DNA of 63,983 nt, filler included, from Circinaria calcarea (lineage: Eukaryota): assembly GCA_051942165.1 (NCBI GenBank). It is 10 parts of 10 records of this genome, joined end to end, with 100 filler letters (N's around TTAATTAATTAA, not from the genome) between each part and the next. Parts side by side here need not be neighbours in the genome. Positions count along the whole stretch, not along the records: positions 51,720 to 58,051 come from JAVECS010001609.1; positions 58,152 to 63,983 come from JAVECS010001769.1; 8 more parts are not named here. One strand, given 5' to 3'. The position numbers were made by a program, and so were the translations under genes. Below the pieces are notes generated by a model that saw nothing but the letters and a program-made list of their open reading frames with translations, was not told the origin of the DNA and searched no databases. Positions 55,706 through 63,983 of the stretch are shown in pieces; the stretch's first letter is position 1; every line of letters starts with the position of its first letter.

Positions 55706-56332
55706 GCGGCATACATCTGGGCATCTTCGTTGCTGGGTGATGGCGCTAGGGCTGGGCTTATGGGATAACGTGAGGCTTTTGGCCGGAAGTCAGTATGTTC
55801 CCGACCACATTTGCAAAGAGCAGGCATCTATCGAGTTTGTCAAGGATACGTTTACAAGTAAGCCTATTCTCTTATGGAGCTGTAGATTCTTAAGTATGCC
55901 ACACTTCAATCAATGTCCTTTGTTCGTCTATTAAGGGTAGGGCATCCAGAAGAACGAGTGACAATGTGCATACCGTATTTTATTTCCACTTCGAGCTCAG
56001 GTATTGTGCAGATGCGAACCGCAGAAAACGGTTTAGCGGCTTCATAAGCGGCTATCAAGATCACTTAGGAATTAAGCTTTCGGCAGATCGGCCTAAGCTA
56101 GGATCTGGGGTTTAATTGACATCATTATTATCATGGCATTTTCGATCCGCAAATTAAACAATCCCATATGTTTGCTACATCGGCGAGTTATGTCGTCAAG
56201 GTCTATACATGTTGATGTCAAAATTTCGACATATATTTCTTTGTGGGATTAATATTTTAGTCATTTATGGGTTTCCGGGGCTTTGAATAACTCTTTACAC
56301 CGCTTTGCGTTCTACAGGCGCCAACTTCCAAA

Positions 56333-58051
56333 ATGAGTAATATTCGGAACGGAGTCTTTTACGACAGTGAGCCAGAAGCTCATGTACATAATGGAGGATT
56401 CATACACATTGAGCCCAAGGAAGAAAGTTATATTACTAACGAAGACAGAACAGCTCCCATAAGATCCGACACTCCAGACAAAATTATTGCCAATGAGGAC
56501 AAGGCGACTCCCGCCGATGGGGTTTATGACGAGGCGTCCAATTCCGACCGCACCCTAAGAAATAGTCATCAGGGTGATGGAGTAGTCAACTTAGATAAAG
56601 AGGGCCAATCCGATGGCGGAGAGAAGGAGGAGCGATCTGATGGGGGTGAGAAAGGAGATCGACCTGATGGAGGCGAAAAAGGTGATGAAGGACCGCCGAA
56701 GCCCGTAGGCTTCTGGCACAAAGACCTTAGCAACACCCGATTGAAAGTATTCAAATTATGGACGGGAATCAGTGAGTGTGCCGTCGCCTTTACCGGCACA
56801 TAAAACTAATTTCTATACAACAGCCGTCATGCTTATGACTTTCGTTGTGGCCGTCCTCTCCCTTTACTGGGCTGTTCTCTTCCACGCCGATGCCAATCTC
56901 AACTCGCTGATCGTATTCGTAGTCGATTTCGATGGCCAAGTTGCTCCGTACCTTGGGGAAACTCCTATGATTGGGCCTCTGATCACCAGGACGACAGAAG
57001 CGCAGGTTAGGGAGAACAGGATGCCTCATCTAGGCTACGTAACGGTACCTCCATCAGCATACAACTATGACCCTATTCAGGTTCGTGAAGCCATATATGG
57101 ACAACAAGCATGGGCCGCAATTGTCATCAATGCCAACGCCACAACCCTCCTTCGCCAGGCCGTCGAACAAGGTAATGCAACTTACGACCCGCTCGGCGCG
57201 TGTCAAATCATCTATGTCCAAGCCCGCGACCAAACCACCTACTATGATTTCGTCCTGCCACAAATCAATACTCTGCAAACCGAGGTGACTTCCATGTTTG
57301 GGCAAATGTGGGCAAGGCAGGTTCTAGCGAATACTTCTATTCCCCGTACCAATTTACAGCGGGTCCCACAAGCTTTAAGCCCTGCTATTGGATTCTCGAT
57401 GTTCAATCTTCGACCTTTCCAACCCCCTACTGCCACTCCTACCGTTACGGTTGGACTGATCTACTTGATTATTATTGCATTCTTCTCATTTACTTTTTAC
57501 ATGTAAGCATGTCCTTCTTCTGTTTTGCCTTTCAAGTCTACCTCGTGAATCTAACTGCTACCCAGGCAAGCCCATATGAAATTTATCAAGGAACCTGGAC
57601 ATGCGCCTCTAAGATTCTGGCAGTGGATCCTTTGGCGCTGGCTCTCGACAATCGTCGGTTATCTCTTCACGTCGTTGGCTTACTCACTCGTATCCCTGGC
57701 CTTTCAGGCTCACTTCACGGCTCCTCCGGCTTCGCATACGGAGGTTGCCAATAACGCGACCGCTTTTGGCCACGGCAGTTTCCCTGTTTTTTGGATGCTC
57801 AACTTCGTCGGAATGGTTGCTCTCGGGATGGCATCCGATAACGTGGCTATGATTATCGGAATGCCATGGGTGGCACTATGGCTGATCTTCTGGGTCATCA
57901 CTAATGTCTGTACCAGTTTCTACGCGATCGAAATTGAGCCGCATTTCTTCTACTGGGGCTACGCATGGCCACTCCACAATGTCGTCGAGGCAACACGAAC
58001 GATTGTCTTTGATACACACTCGCGTCTCGGTCTCAATTTTGGGATTTTGTT
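56333..58051 (+). CDS. SNG1-family (DUF3533) membrane protein, 3' truncated
   Basis: LSLYWAVLF, VFVVDFDG, AWAAIVINANAT, IYVQARDQ, VGLIYLIIIAFF, FWMLNFVGMVALG, WLIFWVITNV, YAWPLHNVVEA; introns 56772-56823 and 57503-57565. Confidence 0.88.
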
Positions 58052-58151
58052 NNNNNNNNNNNNNNNNNNNNNNNNNNNNNNNNNNNNNNNNNNNNTTAAT
58101 TAATTAANNNNNNNNNNNNNNNNNNNNNNNNNNNNNNNNNNNNNNNNNNNN

Positions 58152-58821
58152 GCCTGAAGATCGGCAATGGCGCGCTGAAAGGATGCTCCAGCTCGTTGCT
58201 ATACCGGACGATGATATGCTCTGGCAAATCCCCCCAGTACTTGAGGGCCGCCAAGGGACTGACTGGAGCTTCGACCTCCGACCTGACTGCAGCTATTGGC
58301 TGTCTCTTAGAGCATTCAATCCGAGATATCGAGGAGGCCATCTGCGAAATGCTGCTTATGTGGTCAATAACAGGATCACATGCCCTTATTTTACAGTGGA
58401 GTTCAAGAGGGATGGGGATGGGAAATCTGTAGCTATAAATCAGGTTGCTGCCGCTGGCTCTTTAGCCCTCTATAATCGTTATCGGCTGAGGAACGATGCC
58501 CTCAAGGCGTCGAAGCGGGACTACAACTCGGACCATATAGGTCCGCTTAGGTATTACGCCTTGACGTTTGTGGGTTCACTGTTCGACATCTGGATGCTCC
58601 AGGTTGCACCCGTTGGAGCCGATGGATGCTGGACCGGATGCACCATGAGAAGACTCTATGGGGCGGATTGTACGGACGAGTATGGGGTAAGGGATTTAGT
58701 GGACTGGGTTAATGAGATCCACCGGTGGGGTCTATCAAGACATGGGCCCAGCTGTGAACAAGACATCAAGACGGTTTTACGCGTTGGGGGCGTTCGGACG
58801 TCTGCTGCACAAGGGGCCTAA
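58152..58821 (+). CDS. Hypothetical protein with PD-(D/E)xK-like motif, 5' truncated
   Basis: LRPDCSYWLS...CPYFTVEFKR...AINQVAAAGSLALYNR...WVNEIHRWG. Confidence 0.65.
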
Positions 58822-59575
58822 GCAGTATTAACAGAAAACCTTTTTTATATAAGCATATTACCCTTTACTTAAAGTATATCCCATTAATGGTGATTCGAAA
58901 GTAGGTAGTATTGCTCTACGCGCTTTCCGATTCAAAAATCCATATATATACTTACTACTCCCTACTTGACCAATAAATCAATTATTAATGCTGCGGGGTG
59001 TATTTGAATGGGTAGAAACATCTGCCCTATCTTCTTATTTTATCAATATATAAATTCCCTCCCCTCAACGTTCCTGGACCAAACTGATTATTTACGCTAA
59101 TAAAGGGCGAAGAAATTATAATTACGCCCTTTTAAGTTATTATTTTAATAATTGCTTCGGCAGCAGCTGCGGTATCCCCCCCCCCGGGCCTCTATCTCTT
59201 TTTCAGCCTTTATTCATGCTGCCCTTTCTTTAGCGAGTTTTCTTACCACCGTTTCAGCGATTTTCTTATCTCTCTTTTCAACAGCTTTTCTCTGCTTCTA
59301 CTTCTCCGGCGTTTTTCCCTACGTTCTCCATAGCCCTTTCGTTTATCAAAACATTTATGTAAGGGTCTCTACTAAAGAACCCCTACGAACCCTATGGGTG
59401 AACTATATACCGAGGTCACGAGGTGTTGGCTTAGCGAGAGAGGTTTTCCTCGCGAAGCGTTATATCAGAATTCTTTAGTAACAATTCATACGCTATGCGA
59501 ACCAATTGAGCACATTATCACACAATTTGCCGACCCCTATTCGTAAGATGGTTATACTATTCGTAAAGGATCCTT

Positions 59576-62090
59576 ATAAAAATGGTGGAACTACTACCGC
59601 GGTGGCTGCGGCGGCAGCGGCAGCAACCTTCTTTTTTATTTCTATATCTGCCTCCGCTTTCGCTGCAGCTGCAGCTACGTCCGCCTCTTCCTTTACCTTA
59701 ACGACTATTACGGCAGCAGCGGCGGCGATTTTCCTTTCTACTTCTGCCTCTTATTCAGCCTTCGCCTTGGCCGCTGCTTCTTCAGCTGCCTTTTTAGCGG
59801 CTTCGGCGAGTTTCTTAGCGACCCGCTCAGTAATTTTTTTATTGACCTCCTCGACAGCTTTTTTCTCTGCCTCTGCTTCTCTGGCCTTCTTCGCCGCGTT
59901 CTCCGCAGCCCTCACCTCCGCTTCCGTTGTCGCAGCTGCTCTTGCGGCGGCAAGATCGTCCGTAATCTTCTTGTCTATCAGGTCTTGTACAGCCCTATCC
60001 GCCGCCACCTTTATAACTATAGCTTCTTTGGCAGCCTCTTTCGCTTCTTGCTCGGCCTTTTGGTCCATCAAGAGCTTCTCCAATCGCGCGAATTTATTGT
60101 TTGCTGTAGATGTGTCTGGCTGGGGAGGCGGGGTTTGCACTTGAACAGGAGCTGCAGCTGGCTGGTAAGCTATAGCTTCTTTAGCAGCCTCTTTCGCTTC
60201 TTGCTCGGCCTTTTGGTCTATCAAGAGCTTCTCCAATCGCGCGAATTTATTGTTTGCTGTAGATGTGTCTGGCTGGGGAGGCGGGGTTTGTACTTGAACA
60301 GGAGCTGCAGCTGGCTGGTAAGCTGCATTTTTTGGTCGATCTCCATCTGAGGAAGTGGTCATGCTCTCAGGAGAGCTCTCGTTGGCGATATAAGCTGTAG
60401 CGGATGATATAAGGGTGGGATGGTCCTGGCTGGACAAAGAGGAAGACTGACTGGAGCCGGAGAGCGGGAGTATAGGTGTTGAAGGAAATTCAGTGCTTAA
60501 CGGACTGCCCTGAAGCTCCTCGGCTAGTCCGGAAGTCCCATTTATCGACTCAACCTTGTCGAAATGCACATCATTTTGTAGATGAACCAGTTCAGATTTA
60601 GTAATCAGGCTATGTTGATTGACCTCGGAGCAATCGCTGATACTTGTAGAACTTTCGTGCAATTCGTCTTCGTAAATGTCGTTCGGTAAAGCGAAGAGAG
60701 CTAAGCCTTCAAGATGATGTGCCAGATGTTTTCGAATACGGGTAAGCCCAGACACTGAAACACTACACAATGGACAGGTTGTCTGCGAGTCCTTAGCCAC
60801 CTTCTTTGCGTGCATCTTTGAGCAATCCTGGTGCCTGATCACTTGTTACTTCTCCAGGATACGCTTGCCGTAAATGAGCAATAAACTCATCAGCAGACGG
60901 GAAAGCTCGCTGGCAGTGTATACTGCAGGTCCAGGAGCTGCGATGCATCTGAACTTCGTGGTCAAACCACTTTCGTCGACTATCATACGTCTCACTCCCA
61001 ATCAAGCAGCCATCGAAAGTGCAGATATATGGCTCGAGATCCATATAGATATGCTTCCTCCAAGCACGAGTATCCTTAACGGAATCTATCATTTAGCAGT
61101 ACGAGCATTCAAAATACTGACCGTTAGCGGCGGCTTTTGGCATTGACGGCATTCGCGCACTGTTACCCCTTAAGCTCCCTGCCGATGTCGCATACGACGT
61201 TTCCGTCATCCCACATATGGAAGCTGTTTCTGATCTATGGGATGCAAACATGGTTGTGGACTTTTCGTTATAACCAGAAGCAGTAGTTTCGCTGAGCGTA
61301 GTTTTGGTATTGTCTGCATCAAGATTCTGTGCTATTTTGGCTCCGTGAAGCTCCCTGTACTTGAAGTACTGCCGACGACGTGATATGGCCTTACCGATTC
61401 GAACCGCTAGGTACTCGGGAGCCTTCGGGTAACTTCCTTTTACATGTTGAATGTCATAAGGTTCGAAAAACGAAGTATCAATTTCGTGAGCCTTAATGTA
61501 TCTATCGTGGGGCGTAGGATTTCGCACGGTTACTGATATTTTATATAAACAAGTGATTATATGCTCTATGTCGTAGAAAATTTGCTGCAACTCGGTTGGT
61601 TTGGGGAAATTATCGCTCTCATCGGACGAGTCTGAATCATAAACCTCTGATTCAGTGGCAAGATCGTCTAGGGTTGGTCTAACACCATTGACGATCGCCA
61701 TGGCTGGTTGTATTTGGTTAACACGCAGAAATGGATTGGGGAGTATACGGGCACTCGACTATGATTATCGTATCCACATTATTGACAGAGTAATTAAAAG
61801 AGAAGGCACTCACCCTCGTTAAGCTGCTCCTGAAGGTCTTTCAAGAACCGCACCACTCTAGTTCTTATATGACTTGCATCTCGCAGACGGTAGTCTAAAC
61901 TGGATTTCCCGGTCTGATGAGCCCCAATATTGCCCGCCCATACCTTAAATCTGCCATTCTGATCTGTCAAAGAGTTTTGTAATGCAGCACTATCTTCCCC
62001 GTCCTTTGCCACGAGCGTGGTAGCAAATTCACGAAAGGCATTCAGACAGAGAGGGATAAGTGTTGCGATAGAGGTATCAAGATCAGCCAT
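59576..62090 (-). pseudogene. Disrupted C2H2-type zinc-finger gene with N-terminal helical domain and a captured A/K/E-rich coiled-coil tail
   Basis: Exon 1 RFKVWAGNIGAHQTGKSSLDYRLRDAS, intron about 61704-61812. In-frame TAA at 61093-61095 (FECSYC*MIDSVK..WRKHIYMDLEPYICTF), frameshift near 60820, in-frame TAA at 59751-59753 inside the A/K/E tract. Confidence 0.8.
60021..60324. repeat. 153-nt (51-codon) tandem duplication with 3 differences
   Basis: Units start at 60021 and 60174 and encode AYQPAAAPVQVQTPPPQPDTSTANNKFARLEKLL(I/M)DQKAEQEAKEAAKEAI. Confidence 0.95.
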
Positions 62091-62376
62091 GAGTTTCAAT
62101 CAGGTTGCATCAAAGCCAAGAAGATGAGCATGATATTGTATGTATAGCAAATGCGTGCTGATGGTACGACTGCGGTGGTTGAACCCCAGCCGTGGGAGCC
62201 GTGGGATGCGGAGATTGATTTGCAGGCCCGCCACGATTGGCTGGTCTTCAATGCAGATTTCTAGCAGCCCGATACAGCCTTGTCAGATAGCCATCCTCAA
62301 CTGTTGCGCGACTGCTTTTAAATCGTAACCTCTATATATTAGAGTTGCCTTCATATATTGGCAAGAATTATATGTG

Positions 62377-63983
62377 ATGGTAACCGGCATTGAGACGGCC
62401 GGTCTTGTCCTTGGATCTCTCCCAATTGTTATATCGGCACTCGAACACTACGCCGAAGGAATCAGTTCTATAATTAAATGGTGGCATTTCAAAAAGGAGA
62501 TACAATGTCTCGTACGATCATTGGAAGCAGAACAAGCCCGGTTCCTCAATACGTGCGAGTTATTGCTCGACGGCTTGGTAGCCGGGCCGGATCTAGAAAG
62601 ACTCATACAGGACGCCGGCGGTGGGCTATGGAAGGACGATGAGCTTGATGAAAAGCTTAGAGCGCGCCTACACAGATCATATGCGCCATATCTGCATTCA
62701 GTCACGGATATGAAAGAGGCTCTGGAGGAAATCAAGGCAAAACTAGAACTCAACGCGGAAGGGAGAGTCAGTGCCCCGTAATCTGTCCTTTTCGTCTGTC
62801 TGACTACGAGTACTGAACCGAAATACAGCCATTGTGGACTGACTACAAATCGTTCAGGCATGAGTACAAAAGGATCAAGTTTAGCTTGTCGCGGAAAAGC
62901 CATGATAACCTGGTCGGGAAGATCACAAGGGGCAACGACATGCTTGCAAACCTCACCAGCCAGAACCTAACCCTAGAGCCAGCTAGGCAGCGCCGTCAAC
63001 GACCATCTATACCGTTCAAGGCTATTCAAGAGCACGCCCGGAATTTATACAATGTCATCAGTCAAAGTTGGACCTGCAAATGCGCATCCCCCCATTCCGC
63101 AGATCTATGCCTTGATTCTCGAATATATAGCAATAATACTGCTCCTTTGGCGACGAAGCATATTTCGAGTTCACATCTACAGTTCAAGGTGGTATTTTCA
63201 GTTGATGCCAACGGGATACAAGCTTTACCGTGGTTATGGCGAGAGACGGAAATACGGCTACTTGATCATCAATCTGCCACCCTACCGCAGCCATTGCAAG
63301 GGACTGTGACCACGCCGCCTTCCACTCCGGTGCAAAATAGTCAGATAGCGTGCCAAGGGGGAGATATTGCAGTCCATACCTCATTACCACACTCAGCACC
63401 TTCCCAGCTAGAAGAAGAGAAAACCTCCAGACTGAACTTTCGAGGTTCCAGCAAGGCTAACCGACAAAAGAAATCAGTCAAATTTGATCCACTACCATCA
63501 CCACCGCAAACGCCTTCCAATGCACTTGCAGCAGCTTTTCCCGAGATAATTGACCTCGGTCTAGTCCCAATTGACAACCTTTGCTGGGCAATGAAGCAGT
63601 GGACGGACGGTAAAGCCAACAGTCAGTGCCTAGGCTATCTATGCACACAAGCAAAACAACGACTTGCAGTTTACCTTCCTGAAATGCCAACTCCCGCCCC
63701 TAATCGGCGCAGTGTCAAGTCATTATCCCAATTAATGGATCAAGGGCAAATCCCCCAGAATCAAGCGATCCCAACCGCAAAATTCGATTTCAGTAGAGGC
63801 GACCGCCTACGCCTCGGACTTACCATAGCATCCAGCGTCCTCCAATTATACAAAACCCCATGGCTCCGTGACGACTGGACCAAAGACGACATTATGATCA
63901 ACGACGGAACGACTCGACGCCTTCACGACCAAGCCTACGTATCCAGAAGCTTTCCCTCGGCACCAGAGCAAACAGGTCCGCAG
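62377..63983 (+). CDS. HeLo-like N-terminal domain plus DUF7580-type degenerate kinase-like domain protein, 3' beyond window
   Basis: MVTGIETAGLVLGSLPIVISALEHY; intron 62767-62828; exon 2 is open to the window end with WTCKCASPHSADLCL, IDNLC, CLGYL, RGDRLRLGLTIASSVLQLYKTPWLRDDWTKDDI. Confidence 0.8.

Noticed and set aside
56610..56695. DGGEK x3 repeat in the SNG1-family N-terminus
   Set aside because: A short 27-nt slippage repeat in a disordered region, with no sign of special function.
59506..60144. 212-aa Ala/Ser/Phe-rich ORF on the + strand
   Set aside because: It is the antisense shadow of the A/K/E-rich coding tract on the - strand.

Overview
This is eukaryotic DNA from a filamentous ascomycete (Pezizomycotina): short GT-AG introns with CTRAC branch points and fungal orthologues throughout. 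It is not a continuous locus. Ten contigs of about 6.3-6.4 kb, ordered by decreasing length, are joined by 100-nt artificial spacers (N44-TTAATTAATTAA-N44), so gene order across spacers is meaningless. Recognisable genes: DUS2, IPP1 (with a mitochondrial presequence), MRPL44, SEC20, an MGMT fusion, ATF1/AtfA, TEN1, SNF7, a forkhead factor, a Vps3/TGFBRAP1-like protein, COY1, MED6, homocitrate synthase, a PAN/apple secreted protein, a BTB protein, a GST, MEU1, GIT1, fibrillarin (5' end), RPL17, an F-box protein, PKC1 and an SNG1-family protein. Less ordinary items: (i) a 214-bp TIR-bounded MITE-like unit present twice in inverted orientation around about 4.2 kb of decayed DNA; (ii) a three-exon gene, not recoverable from the ORF track, with an 18-nt micro-exon encoding a secreted Cys-rich peptide; (iii) an alkyltransferase fused to an uncharacterised DHC domain; (iv) an accessory contig with a PD-(D/E)xK-like gene and a head-to-head pair made of a HeLo-like/DUF7580 gene and a RIP-damaged chimeric zinc-finger pseudogene. 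No rRNA, tRNA or CRISPR array was seen. Family assignments come from motif recognition, not database searches.
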